A DNA stretch of 64,000 nt from Rhynchobatus australiae (lineage: Eukaryota), in NCBI GenBank assembly GCA_034780895.1, contig JAUZTB010000075.1:2163832-2227831 (forward strand), given 5' to 3'. A model generated the notes under the pieces. The model had not been told where the DNA came from, did not search any database, and saw only the letters and a program-made list of their open reading frames with translations. Position 1 is the first letter of the stretch; each line of letters starts with the position of its first letter. A program made the position numbers and the translations under genes. Positions 1 to 12,629 of this stretch are shown piece after piece.

Positions 1-29
1 GGTTGCTGGGAGTCGGTGGGTGTTCATAG

Positions 30-2609
30 TGTTACATGTGCACGGAGCAAGAACGACAATGGTGTGCAACTGTAGGCCTACGAGAAGGTCTGTGGAGACC
101 TAAATCACACGAGTCCCTGAAGTCCTGCGCCAAAAGTGAAGTTGCGTGTGTCAGAGGGCGTTGTCGCTCCACCGATCCGCTGGGTGATCGATCGACCGAC
201 CAGCATGCGCAAAGGTGTGCACGTGCACATTCACCGTACGGTTCACCCCTCCCCCCACGGGAGGGAACTGCAGGGGAAGAAGATGGGTCAGGTGAACGTG
301 GGGAAACGTTGAGAAGATTTTTCTGCCGGTCGACCAGCCAACACACCCTCATGGACCGCCATGGGGTCAGCGGGGGGGGGTGCTTCTTTCTCAGTGTCTC
401 CTGATCAGCCGAAGCCGAGGTCAGTGGGCTGTGAAGGTTCCCCTCTCTTGATGGAGCGTCCGTGGTTCATCTGCTGAACGGGAGCTTCATCGGCAGGGGA
501 CGGTCCTGTGGCTTCACCAGGTCCCCCGTTGGTTTGCTGCTGCACGTGATTCAAATGTTCCCTGACAGTTCGTCTGTCTGGCCATTCACGTTCTGTAGCT
601 GGACTGTTACGGTGTCGGACGAAGGCCAGTTGCCAGTTTCCTTCGTGCGAGAGTCGAGCGTGGACCTCGTCATTCGCACCGAGCGATCGCGGCCCAGCGT
701 GGGTGTCACAGTTTTGTTTCTTGGCCTCTTGTTTGCTGCAATCTCGTTCCTGGACAGCCGGCGGTAGGAGATCCAATCTGCTGTGTAAAGTCACATCCAC
801 TCTCTGTAGTCGGTCTGGTTCTTCTTCCACCCTTGGGCCCACGGCACCGGGCAGGCCTTGTAAACCTCCAGCTGGCAGTTCTCCTTAAATATGAACTTAG
901 CCGCCGGACCGCGGTATTGACCCAAAGCCTCAGCTAGGAATACATGCTGGTGCTTTCTAGGCAGAATATTCAATGCAGGGCTTCCCCGATACGACTGATG
1001 TAGCACCGATGGAATGTTTTTAATCCAGTTTCTGCCCAGCAAATTCAGCCGTTGGCCTTCCCCGACGTGCACCGGTAAGTGGAGCAGGTCTCCGTGGTGG
1101 ACCACTTCTGTCCCATATGTTGACGCTGTCCCCGGTGTAGCTGTGGAACACCGAGTTTGGAGGTTTCAGGTTTGGAACCCGGCGTAAAGGTGATTCGTGT
1201 ACCGAGGTGACGGCTGACCCGGTCTCCAGCTCAGACTTCACGGGCCGGTTGTCCACTGTGAGTGTAACCAAGTACGGAGGCTGGTTCTGGTTGCCCAGTT
1301 CATGGGTTTGGAAGATGGTGTCCACTTCTTTTCACCGGCCGTCTCCCCGCATGGAGTTGATGGTGGAATTCTGTTGCTTTCCCACGATGCGTTGCATTGC
1401 GAAACACACCTCAACGTGCCCTATCTTCTGACAGAACCAGCAGATGGTCTTTTGATGCTTACAGTGGGACCTCTGGACGTGACTTTCACCACAGTGATGG
1501 CAGCTCTGTGAAGGCCGACGTGATTTTGACTGGAAGCTGTGGGTCTGCAAACGCTGGCAAACATTGACGTGTTCGAGGGGGGCTCTCACTCCATCACTAC
1601 CTGAATAAGTGGTGATGCGGGTGGTTGAATCTGTGTAAGGCCTCCCTGTGATGGGCTGTGGAGCACAGTTTGTCCCAGGGCAAGTCGTGCTTTTCAGGCA
1701 GGAGGGTCTCACGTGTCTTCTCATCATAGGCTCCGATAATCAACGCTTGGATAAGCATTGCTTCTTTGAATTTGTTCGGATGGATACCTTTGTATCTGCA
1801 TTCCTGCACAGCCAGAGTTAACCTTGTGATGAAATCATCAACGTTCTCGTCGGGGGTCTGTCGCAGCTGTGAGAACCTGAAGTGCGCCGTAAACACATTG
1901 TCTGCGTCCCCCAAACGGTGTCTAGGGTCTCAAACGTGCCGGTCAATTCAGCCTTCTTGTGTAAGTGCAGAGTGTCAAAGTACTTCTGCCTGAGCTCTCC
2001 CAAGTGCACATGAAGCAGCTTGAGTTTGGCAGCTTCCTCCAGCTCCACCGTCGGTGTTAGACTGGTAGACGTTGGGTGTCGTTCTGGGACGTTTTCTTCC
2101 ATTACAGCCACGTGTCTGGTGTTGGTTTTGCCACAGTTGCTGCCCACAGTGGACTGGGTGCTTGAAGGAGGGAGGCCATTCTTGTTGTGTCACCAATTGT
2201 TTTGTACCCACGGAGCAAGAACAACCACTGTGCGGTGGAATAAACGTCTCTACTGATTCATATTAATCAAAATACAGAAACTGAGCAGCTTGCAGCTGTA
2301 GATCCAGGAGAAGGTCTGCAGAGACCTCAAAGCACGCGAGTCCCAAAAGTCCTGCACCAAAAGTGAAGTCGCTCACGTCAGACGGCGTCGCTCTGCCGAG
2401 TGCTCAGCTGGCCAGTGCACACATGTATCACCGCGCGCACGCGTACTGCCACGTGCGCGCCATCGATCCACTGAACGCCTGACTGACATGCGCATTCGCC
2501 ACATTCTCCATACGGTTCATCCGTACGGTCCACAGGGAGCCTGGAGGGAGAGGGGTCACCCACAGGTGGGGCAGGAAATCCTTCTTCTGTTGCCGGCTCA
2601 TTGCAGACA
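30..2609 (-). mobile_element. Degenerate, internally deleted Ty3/Gypsy-like LTR retrotransposon in an SLC39A14 intron
   Basis: Diverged direct repeats at ~30-343 and ~2198-2609 both start TGTT, end ACA and share CACGGAGCAAGAAC and AGTCCTGCRCCAAAAGTGAAGT. A PBS-like TGGTGACAC lies on the minus strand next to the right LTR (~2187-2195). Minus-strand frames encode gag-like FRFSQLRQTPDENVDDFITRL, zinc knuckles CHHCGESH/CWFCQKIGH, protease-like ELETGSAVT...LLGRNWI and an integrase-tail-like segment. Many frameshifts; no RT motifs. Confidence 0.8.
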
Positions 2610-3736
2610 GTGGTCGGGGTGGGGGAGATGGGTCGGGTGTTGATCGGGGAGGGAGGTTGGTCAGTGTGGGGTTGGTCTGGACATCTGAGGGGTAAATCCC
2701 AGCATTGTGATTTTGGGGTTCATCTTGCTGATGGGAATGGGGGCATATCGTGGCAGTGGGGGTGGGGCTGCACTGCCTCTTCTTGGGTCTGGGTCAGATC
2801 AGTGTAGCAGCTTAGAATTTTCATGGCAGAGGAGGGAGCCCCTTGGGCCATTGAGTCTGTTGGTCCTGGGTAGAGCAGTCCTGCGGCTCCAAGCCCCCTG
2901 CTCTGTGGGGGTACAGTCACTTGGGGTACAGTCGCTCCACACTGCGGAGTTTGAGGTGCTCCCCATGACTGGGTGTTGGTTCTGAGCTCCCCTCCTCCTG
3001 AGGGCTGAGTGGGGGGGGTGGGAGGAAGTTGAGGTGGGGAGGGGTGGGGGTGGTCTGCTACACCTGTTGTCCCAGCTGTCAGAGGGTGTGAGCCCTTGGG
3101 GATTGGGCCCAGGACAGCCCATTGGCCTGGGGGTATCGAGCCTTTCCCAAGCCACCAGCTGCCTCCCGAGGGCCAGGAGTTGGCGGCCAGTGCGCCAACC
3201 AGCATCACGTCATGCGGACTCCCTACACTCAGTTCATGGTCCCATCCAACCTCTCCCTGCTTCCCACCCTCAATTCCCAAATCCAGTCCGGAGAGGCGGG
3301 AGAAGGTGGAACTTGGAGTAACAAGTGGAGGGGCTCAGTGGGTTGAGCAGCATCTGTGGAGGGAGAGGAATTGTCGACGTTTGGAGTCAAGACCCTAATC
3401 AGAGCTCGCTCCCTCTGGGAACATTGAGGGAGATAGGAGCGGCGGGGTGGGGGTGGGAGAGGCTTTGCATGGAGCAGAGGAGACAGCACTGGACAAAGGG
3501 GTTGAATGGCCTGGCCTCTGAGACTGGGAGAATCCCACAACACGCACTGTGTTCAGGCCTCGGTCAGAGTGACTCCACACCAGCACTCCGTGGAGCGGAT
3601 GGACGTCCCTGGTCCATAGTCTCTCTCCAAAGCCACTCTGTGCCCCACCACCTCGGGGTCTGCTTGCTGGGGGCGAGGGGGAAGGGGGCAGTGGGGAGAG
3701 GATGAGGGCAAACTCACTCTCTGCTGCTTCCAACAG

Positions 3737-3925
3737 AGCCTGGGGAAGGGTCACAGCCACTGCTGCCCCGAGCAGCTGGTCAGCAGGAGTGACCAGGAGG
3801 ATGGAGTGATGGAGAAGCTGCAGAACGGAGAGTTGAGGCTGATGCCGTGCAGCCGCAGTGAGGACTGTGAGCGGCAGAGCCTGGCTGAGGGGGAGCCAGT
3901 GGTCACCAGGACCTTGTCCGTGCAG
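3737..3925 (+). CDS. SLC39A14: SLC39A14 exon encoding the cytoplasmic loop ([10 protein letters not shown]...VMEKLQNG...LSVQ)
   Basis: Acceptor cttccaacag, donor GTCAGT; 189 nt, phase 0/0. Confidence 0.85.
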
Positions 3926-6750
3926 GTCAGTCTGGGGTCGGCTGCGGGGCAGGCACCACCAGCAGTGGGACGTTGGCATCAGCGTGCTGGGAGGGCAGGT
4001 GGGGGCAGTGTCCTGGTACTGGGGAGGGGTTAGGGGGTAGGTGAGGAGTGGGTGCAGGGGAGTGTCCCACCCTCGTCAGGTTTATTGTCACATGGTCAAG
4101 CACAGTGAGGTACAGGTACAACGAAACACTTGCAGCAACCCACAGGCATGTTGGTACAGGTAACACATAGGACATCAGGTAGACTCCAATAGACACGATA
4201 GTGAAGAAAACAAAACTCTGCAAAATAAGACATTAGTGCAAAAGACCACAATCAGAGACACGTCCACAGTGGTGCACAGAGTTCCGTTGCTGAGGTAGTG
4301 TTCGAGTTGTCAGGTTGGTTCAGGAACTGAATGGTTGAAGGGAAGTCGCTGCTCCTGAACCTGGTGGTGTGGGACTTCAGGCTTCTGTACCTCCTGCCCA
4401 ATGGGAGCTGTGAGAAGATGGCACGGCCCNNNNNNNNNNNNNNNNNNNNNNNNNNNNNNNNNNNNNNNNNNNNNNNNNNNNNNNNNNNNNNNNNNNNNNN
4501 NNNNNNNNNNNNNNNNNNNNNNNNNNNNNNNNNNNNNNNNNNNNNNNNNNNNNNNNNNNNNNNNNNNNNNNNNNNNNNNNNNNNNNNNNNNNNNNNNNNN
4601 NNNNNNNNNNNNNNNNNNNNNNNNNNNNNNNNNNNNNNNNNNNNNNNNNNNNNNNNNNNNNNNNNNNNNNNNNNNNNNNNNNNNNNNNNNNNNNNNNNNN
4701 NNNNNNNNNNNNNNNNNNNNNNNNNNNNNNNNNNNNNNNNNNNNNNNNNNNNNNNNNNNNNNNNNNNNNNNNNNNNNNNNNNNNNNNNNNNNNNNNNNNN
4801 NNNNNNNNNNNNNNNNNNNNNNNNNNNNNNNNNNNNNNNNNNNNNNNNNNNNNNNNNNNNNNNNNNNNNNNNNNNNNNNNNNNNNNNNNNNNNNNNNNNN
4901 NNNNNNNNNNNNNNNNNNNNNNNNNNNNNNNNNNNNNNNNNNNNNNNNNNNNNNNNNNNNNNNNNNNNNNNNNNNNNNNNNNNNNNNNNNNNNNNNNNNN
5001 NNNNNNNNNNNNNNNNNNNNNNNNNNNNNNNNNNNNNNNNNNNNNNNNNNNNNNNNNNNNNNNNNNNNNNNNNNNNNNNNNNNNNNNNNNNNNNNNNNNN
5101 NNNNNNNNNNNNNNNNNNNNNNNNNNNNNNNNNNNNNNNNNNNNNNNNNNNNNNNNNNNNNNNNNNNNNNNNNNNNNNNNNNNNNNNNNNNNNNNNNNNN
5201 NNNNNNNNNNNNNNNNNNNNNNNNNNNNNNNNNNNNNNNNNNGGGGGTCACGGAGATGGGGAGGGGCGCGGGGGGGCCGGAGGGGGTCACGGAGACGGGG
5301 AGGGGCGCGGGGGGGCCGGAGTACTTTTGAAATTGGGGCAGAGATTTAACAGGGACGGGGACTTTGGTCGATCTGACACAGACCCTGGGGCCAGAGGTCT
5401 GGTCCCACCCCTCCCCTCCCCTCCCCACCCCACACTCTGGATACCACCCTCTCTCTCACCCTCCAGGTGACTTTGTGATCTTGCTGAATGCCGGGATGAG
5501 CCTACAACAAGCCCTCTTCTTCAACTTCCTGTCGGCCTGCTGCTGTTACATCGGTATGGCCTTTGGCATCCTCGCCGGCAGCCACTTCTCCCCCAACTGG
5601 ATCTTCGCCCTGGCTGGGGGCATGTTCCTCTACATCGCCCTGGCAGACATGGTGAGTGCCGGTGGGTCTGTCTCTGCGCCAGGCCCAGGGGCTGAGCCAG
5701 GGCCAATACCAGGGTCCTCCTGGGTCGTACGGAAGGAGGGAGGGAGAGAGCATCAAGGGTCATATGGAGGGAGGGAGGGTTGGGGGTCATATGGAGAGAC
5801 AGGGGATCCGGGGCTGTATGGAAGAGAGTGCGAGGGGTAAAGGGGTGAGGTTTGGGGCTGAGTGCAGGAGACACCCGTCAGACCAAGAGGTATGAGTGGT
5901 GGAGACCAGGGCAGCAGTGACAGGTCAGAGAGGCAGCTGAGGGAATGGGGGAGGGGTTGGGGGTGGTTGTGCAAGGATTTAGGAGCTGGGGGGGGTTTAT
6001 GCATTTAGGATCCTGCTCGTGGGGGTGAGTACTGGGGGTACCAGAGGACAGAAGACTGAGCTGTGATCTCTCCGTGGTGGGGCCAAGTCAGTGAATCTTT
6101 ATCGAGGCCAATGCTCTATCTACGCAGGCCACTGGGGGAATTACGCAGGCTTGAGTTCCTGTCAGCGTCTGAGCAAGGTACACGGGCCCAAGTGCTCATC
6201 ATAGCTCAGCGCGATTTCCACAGGTCCTCGGGAATGGAACAGGGATTGGACCCTGTATGGGGGATTTGGGGGATGGGGAGAGTGACCCACCCTCTGTGTA
6301 GTGGTTAGTGTAACACTATTACAGCGCCAGTGACCCGGGTTCAATTCCGGCCGCTGTCTGTAAGGAGTTTGTACGTTCTNNNNNNNNNNNNNNNNNNNNN
6401 NNNNNNNNNNNNNNNNNNNNNNNNNNNNNNNNNNNNNNNNNNNNNNNNNNNNNNNNNNNNNNNNNNNNNNNNNNNNNNNGTGTTGGCGCCGGAAGTGTGG
6501 TGACACTTGTGGGCTGCCCCCAGAACACTCTACGCAGAAGATGCATTTCACTGTGTTTTGATGTACGTGTGACTGATAAAGATACCTTGTCTTGTCTTGT
6601 CCACAGTTCCCTGAGATGAACGAGGTCAGCAAAGGAGAGGACGGGGAAGAATCGCTGGTTGTGTTTGGGATCCAGAACGCGGGACTGCTGACGGGCTTTA
6701 CCATCATGCTGCTCCTCACCATGTACTCGGGCGCTATCCAGATCGGCTAG
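3737..6750 (+). CDS. SLC39A14: ZIP14-like zinc/manganese/iron transporter, 3' part (spliced; exons 3737-3925, one inferred exon in gap 4430-5241, 5467-5651, 6607-6750)
   Basis: The exon peptides match ZIP14 ([13 protein letters not shown]; [12 protein letters not shown]...[12 protein letters not shown]; FPEMNEV...[22 protein letters not shown]). Boundaries are AG/GT. The 189- and 185-nt exon sizes fit the ZIP14 structure as recalled. The 5' exons lie outside the window. Confidence 0.9.
4078..4429 (-). mobile_element. Rex1/Babar-like LINE 3' fragment
   Basis: Near-identical to 12780-12940 (CCTGAACCTGGTGGTGTGGGACTTCAGGCTTCTGTAC); truncated by an N gap. Confidence 0.7.
5242..5320. repeat. G-rich ~39-nt tandem repeat at a gap edge
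   Basis: Two copies of GGGGGTCACGGAGAYGGGGAGGGGCGCGGGGGGGCCGGA. Confidence 0.8.
5467..5651 (+). CDS. SLC39A14: SLC39A14 penultimate exon (TM5-TM7)
   Basis: Acceptor ctccag, donor GTGAGT; 185 nt; encodes [28 protein letters not shown]. Confidence 0.95.
6296..6600 (+). mobile_element. tRNA-derived SINE
   Basis: A-box-like TAGTGGTTAG, B-box GGGTTCAATTCC and a (TCTTG)n tail; related copies at 40950-41141 and 52862-53095 on the minus strand. Confidence 0.85.
6607..6750 (+). CDS. SLC39A14: SLC39A14 last coding exon
   Basis: Acceptor ccacag; FPEMNEV...YSGAIQIG followed by TAG at 6748-6750. Confidence 0.95.
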   Translation, partial: FPEMNEVSKGEDGEESLVVFGIQNAGLLTGFTIMLLLTMYSGAIQIG

Positions 6751-7714
6751 GGAGGCAGCGTGGCCAGTGGACCTTCGCAGAGCTGGCGGCACAGTGTGGA
6801 GCCACCCGTCCCTCGGAGCAGGACTCCACGCACTCGAGAGATGCCCAAGTAATTCCGACGCCGGCTGTCCACCACTGCCACAGCTCAGGTGGCCCCTCAT
6901 GTAGAAGTCTGCCCTTTGCAGAGTATATCATTAGGTTGGTTAGCAACAAACTCATGCCAGCTTACTCACAGGTCCACGAGTCAACATGGTGGAGATTTTC
7001 CAGACCATAATCAGTGTTAAAGGGAGTCTGTTCCATGTCAAACCCAAGCCGAAACATTCCGACCCTGGACGGGGCGGCTCCCACACATGCAATAAGCACA
7101 AGAGGATTTAAGGGGAGGGAGTTTGTTGAGGAATGGGGGATGGCTCCAAATCACAGAGCCTTGTCTCACCTTCGACTGGACCCATTCCCGAGCTGCCCAC
7201 AGTTGTTTTGGGTCCCAGTGGTCCCAGAGGAAGCAGCAGGAAGGTCAGTCACAGCCCCTCGCTTGGGCTCACGGGCCCACCCCTCGATCCGGGGGCTGCT
7301 GACCACAAGCTGCACAGTTGGCCGAGACCCTCGGGACAGAGGGTAGGGGGACATTTGGGGGTGGAATTGGGTGCTGGTGGTTGGTGTTCCTGCCCCTTAC
7401 CCCTTCTCTGTGCCCCGCCCCTCACTGTACTCTACCCCATCCCGCCCCTCGCGGCGCTCTGCCCTGCCCCTTGCTCTGCCCAGTTTGCCCACTGACCCCT
7501 CCCGCTGTGCAGGGGATGTGACTGTACCTGTCCTCTGCTTCCTGGGTCTGTGTTTGTCTATCCAAAGAACTCACGGCGGGCCAGAGGTGCTGTACTGTTC
7601 TATGTGACTCTTCCTGCTGCTGGTCTTCACACCTTCCCCATGCTGCTACATTCACCCACAGGCAATGGGCTGGTCCAGACTCTGCCTGACCAGCACCGTG
7701 ATTGGCCACAAGGA

Positions 7715-8220
7715 AGGAAATGGTTGAAACACTCAGGCCAGGCAGCATCTGTGGAGGGGAGCACAGAGTTTACATTTCAGGTCAAAGACCCTTTGTTAGA
7801 ACTGGGAAAGAGAGAGGGTTAGTTTGATGTCACAGAGCAGGTTGAGAGGGAATGGATGGGGGAAAGGCAATACCTGCGATAGGTTGGGCCAGGGTTGCCG
7901 TGGGGATGTTGATGAGGCAGTTAAAAGAGGGTGGCAGTGCAGGGTGATGTGTTGCAAGTATGAGGTCAGGGTATGTTAATGGAGGGGGGGACATCTGAGC
8001 CAATATCACACACACGTGACCTGTAGTAGGAAGAGAGAACGGCGAGTTGCCTGAAGAATTCAATATTAAGACCAGAAGGCTGCAACGTGCCCGGACAGAA
8101 GATGAGGTGTTGTCCCTCAAGCTTGTGTTGGGCCTCCCTAAGTGCAAGAAGCCACAGACAGATGGGTCAGAATGGGAGTGGGACAGAGAATTAAAGTACA
8201 GGCAGGGTTCCCCTGGGGAC
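7715..8220 (-). mobile_element. Penelope-like element 3' fragment
   Basis: The minus strand at ~8050-8130 reads HKLEGQHLIFCPGTLQPSGLNIEF, the typical Penelope ORF C-terminus, followed by the recurrent CAGATGCTGCCTG terminal motif. Confidence 0.7.
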
Positions 8221-11200
8221 TGAACAGCACAGGAGCGTGATTGGCTGACTGCAGGAGGCTCTGACCAGAGGGACTGGTTGTTCAGTGCCGGACAACACCA
8301 CCTCAGACAGTGAGATCACTGGGGAAAGGGAAGTGGGAGCTCCTGGGCCCAAGCAGGCTACAAATGGACAATCTCCCAGTTTTGAGAAAGTATCTTCGAC
8401 CTGGAACGTTAACTCTGTCTATCCACAGACGTCTGAATTGTTTCCAGCACTTTCTGTTCCTACTTGACATTTTCTGTCTCTTGAAGGTGGCACTGTAGTT
8501 GGGAGGGTGCGACTACAGTGTGACGTTTACATAGCCGGCATTCATTATTAATGTAGCTTTAGAAATCCAAAACCCACGACAGAATCTGGCATTCAAAGAG
8601 TGACTGGGGTCAGAGATAAGGATCTGACTCTGCCAGTAACACATTCACCCCGAATCTGCAGATCTCAACTCCTTGTGTGAATCTGCTTGGCCATTGGAAC
8701 GAATTCCTTGAAGCCCAGCGTACACCGAGCCAGTTGGTCAACTGTTTGGGAGCCGGAGGGCCGGTACATTGTCATTGTCTTCCAGGAACGGAGTCACCGG
8801 GGAAAGCAGTGGATGTTCTGGGGAGTTTTGGGCACAAACCATTGAATGGTTAAGGTTAGCAGTGATCCGGTGACTCTTGTGGAAGAACAGCAGCTACTGC
8901 AACGTACTTGTTCGTTGTTCCCTTTCGTAGTTGATAGTCTAAATATACAACTTAGTGATAGTTTAAGCCAAAAATATCAGGGCACTTTGTGCAATATATT
9001 TGATACAAAGAGTAATTGCACAGTATAAGTTATTATAAAGAGAATGCAATACCTACTGTCTGCGGAGAACGAAAGAGGGTGTGTGATGTTATGTACAGAG
9101 GGTTTGTGCTCTATTGTCTGCTGAGTGAGAGGGTGGTGGTGTGATATTACTGTACATTCAGCAGTGGGGGTGTGTAGAGGTGGGGGTGGTGGTGAGGTAG
9201 GGGCGTACTGCTATTCCGTGATGTTTAAACCAAATGCTGGTTGTCTTTGTCCAGTCCCCACGTCCGAAATCCCTGTAAAGATTCCCTCGGTCCACTGGCC
9301 TGAACTAAAGGGGGCTGAAGTTGTGCAACTTGCCCTGAGACCGAGGATGGGAAGCCCGACGGGGATTAAACCAGCTTTGGCCCAGCTGTGCTGTTTAACT
9401 GCAATGTCTCAGTAAAACCAGGAAGTATTACAACAACGTGCTGGATGCGGAGAGTGTGATTTTTAAACCAAATTACCAAATGCTATTTATTTGTTACTTT
9501 TGTAAAACACTAGTACTAGGGTCTGCGAAGGGTGTTGCTCTGCAATGATCCACTGCTGAGAGGATCACGTCAAGGCAATGAGTCAAAGCCTCCACGTTCG
9601 ACAGAGGGCTGGCATGTTGGCAGCAGGGTCGGTGATCCAGGACGGAGGACTTTGGCAGACTTGCTCACCCCAGGAGGTTTTGTGGGTTCTCCAACTCTGC
9701 GCCTCAATCTCTGGCACACTTGGAATTAACCCATCTTCATCGGTCTGGAACCCAACCCAATCTGCTATAAAAACCTCAGGTCTGACTACAGGGGTCCTGG
9801 TCCTTGTGTCACAGTGTATGCTGTGTGTTCTGAAAGACTGATGCCAAATTAATACACACCACGCTGGCGATGGAGTAGGTTATACGTTGTGAGTTGTAAA
9901 TGTTGGGGTAGAAAGTTAAATAAAGGTGAGCTGAATTCTGACTGATGTCTGTGAATCGTGGACCCTCAATGCTCAAATGGAAGCCATTCAGCCCATTAGA
10001 CTGCCTGCTGTCCCATTAATCCAACTCGCGTTATTTCTCCACAACACTGAGTATTCCTCGAAATTCCTGTGGGTTCTGCTTTCACCTCACTGCAACGGCC
10101 TTCCTACTCCGTGCTGAACATTCTCCATCCTCCCTGTATCCCTCCCAAACATCGACCTGGATCTCAGGTTCCTAGCTGCCGAGAACAGCTGCCTCTCAAA
10201 GCCACTCTGCATGTCTGTAGAGACCTCGGCCTGAACTGTTAACTCTGTTCCTCTCTCCCCAGATGCTGCCTGACATAACATTTTCAATTTTTATTCCAAA
10301 TTGTCAACATCTGCAATCCTAGCCACCTCCCTCTGGAGAACAATCCCAGTTTCCAATCCTGTATCCCGGGGACTGTTCTGCTAGCTTTCCTCGGCACATC
10401 CTGCAAAGTCCAGAAGCAGCTGCAGACCTCCAGCTGACACCCAACCAGTGATTTACAGTTACCCTGGTTCCTTGCTTTCCCCAGAATCACGGCATTGTTC
10501 CAGCGAGGTACAAGGCCACTTGGCCCATTGAGTCCAGAGCAGCTTAATGCAAGAGTCCCACTTCCCAGCCCCCACCCACTTTTCTCACAGGTGCCCTGCA
10601 AATTCCTTCCCTTCAGATATGAACCAGCTCTCTTTTGAAGGCCACATTCAATCTGCCCACGCTACTCCTGTGCCCCCAGGCCCTGCGTTCCAGACCCCGA
10701 CCACTCACTCCCTGAGAAGGTTTCACTCCATGTCATCGAATCACTTTTGGTCCTTTTGCCCATCACCTTCGTCCCATGTCCCCTGGTTCTTGACTTCCTC
10801 CTCCATTGGCAACAAAGTCTCTGTCAACACTGCCTGGACCTGTATTATTTTGCACCCCTCTTATCAGATCCCCTTTCAGTCTCTTCCCCCCCCCCCCCCC
10901 AACCAAGCACAACCCTAATNNNNNNNNNNNNNNNNNNNNNNNNNNNNNNNNNNNNNNNNNNNNNNNNNNNNNNNNNNNNNNNNNNNNNNNNNNNNNNNNN
11001 NNNNNNNNNNNNNNNNNNNNNNNNNNNNNNNNNNNNNNNNNNNNNNNNNNNNNNNNNNNNNNNNNNNNNNNNNNNNNNNNNNNNNNNNNNNNNNNNNNNN
11101 NNNNNNNNNNNNNNNNNNNNNNNNNNNNNNNNNNNNNNNNNNNNNNNNNNNNNNNNNNNNNNNNNNNNNNNNNNNNNNNNNNNNNNNNNNNNNNNNNNNN

Positions 11201-12629
11201 NNNNNNNNNNNNNNNNNNNNNNNNNNNNNNNNNNNNNNNNNNNNNNNNNNNNNNNNNNNNNNNNNNNNNNNNNNNNNNNNNNNNNNNNNNNNNNNNNNNN
11301 NNNNNNNNNNNNNNNNNNNNNNNNNNNNNNNNNNNNNNNNNNNNNNNNNNNNNNNNNNNNNNNNNNNNNNNNNNNNNNNNNNNNNNNNNNNNNNNNNNNN
11401 NNNNNNNNNNNNNNNNNNNNNNNNNNNNNNNNNNNNNNNNNNNCCCTAAGACTTTCACCTCTTTCCTAAAATGTAACAGGCACGTTACTCCAGTGTTTTA
11501 TGAAGGCTCATCAGGACCTTTGCCCTGTTTATAAACCCTGAATCTCCCATCCTTTTTGAACCCTGACACTTTCATTACACTCCCAAATTTGTACAGGTAC
11601 ATGAAAGGGCAGGGAATGGAGGGGTATATAACCATGTACAGGCAGATGGGACTGGTCTGGATTGGCATCATGGTTGGTGTAGGCCTGACAGGCATAAGGG
11701 CCTGTTCCTGTGCTGTACTTACTATGTTGTGTACGTATCTCTGCTCTTGCCTGCTGCTGTCCAGTCCTTCTTGCCTTTACGTGCAAGTTAAGGAAGCCAG
11801 AACGACAAGGTGTATAAGTCTGCCGTCACTTTAATCACCTGTGCAATGAAGACCTGCTGATGGCAAAGAGTTTACAATGAACCCAAAGAAAGTGTTTCAA
11901 ATGTTGAGACTGGAGGGGAGAGCAGGTCCTGAAATCCGTCTGAAACCTCCTCACCGACTTTGGATTTTTCGTCTCTTCCCCAGTGTTTGTCCAACAGCTT
12001 TAACTAACTGTAATTTAAAAGAACCTTATTTCCAACCTTCAACATTGACTCTGTTTCTCTCTCCACAGATGCTGCCTGACCTGCTGAGTGTTTCTAGCAT
12101 TTTGTATCTTTATTTTGGATATCCAGCATCTCGTGCTTTGATTTCCATCATTCTCTCACCACCTGAGCACAATTGTCCACTGCTGGGGCATCTCTGTGCG
12201 GGAGGGACAACATTGTGCTTCCTTCCCTTTGCAGCCTCAAGGATGGTCAGCCTGACGTGTGACTGGCTGAGCCTGATTGTGTTCTCTCTCTACTGACCAC
12301 AGCACTCGGGATCAGTGGCACTGGGGTATGGTGTCCCTCCCCTCGTCCCAGAGCAGTGTCACTGGCTCGGGTTGCAGTACCCGGTGGCTAGTAAACTATG
12401 AAAATCAAAAAAAAATGCAGATGCTGGAAATCTGGGGGGACAATCACAGAAAATGCTGCAAAGACTCAGCAGGTCAGGCAGCGTCTGTGGAGAGAGAGAC
12501 AGTATGGGGTCTTTATTATGAAGACAAAAGAGACTGCAGATGTTGGAAATTGGAACAAAAACCAGAATGCTGGAAGAACTCAGCGGGTCAAGGAGCGTCT
12601 GTGGAGGCAAAGGGTGAGAGTCAAAGTCG

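Noticed and set aside
6296-6365. tRNA gene
   Set aside because: The A/B boxes continue into a repeated SINE body and tail, with several copies in the window.
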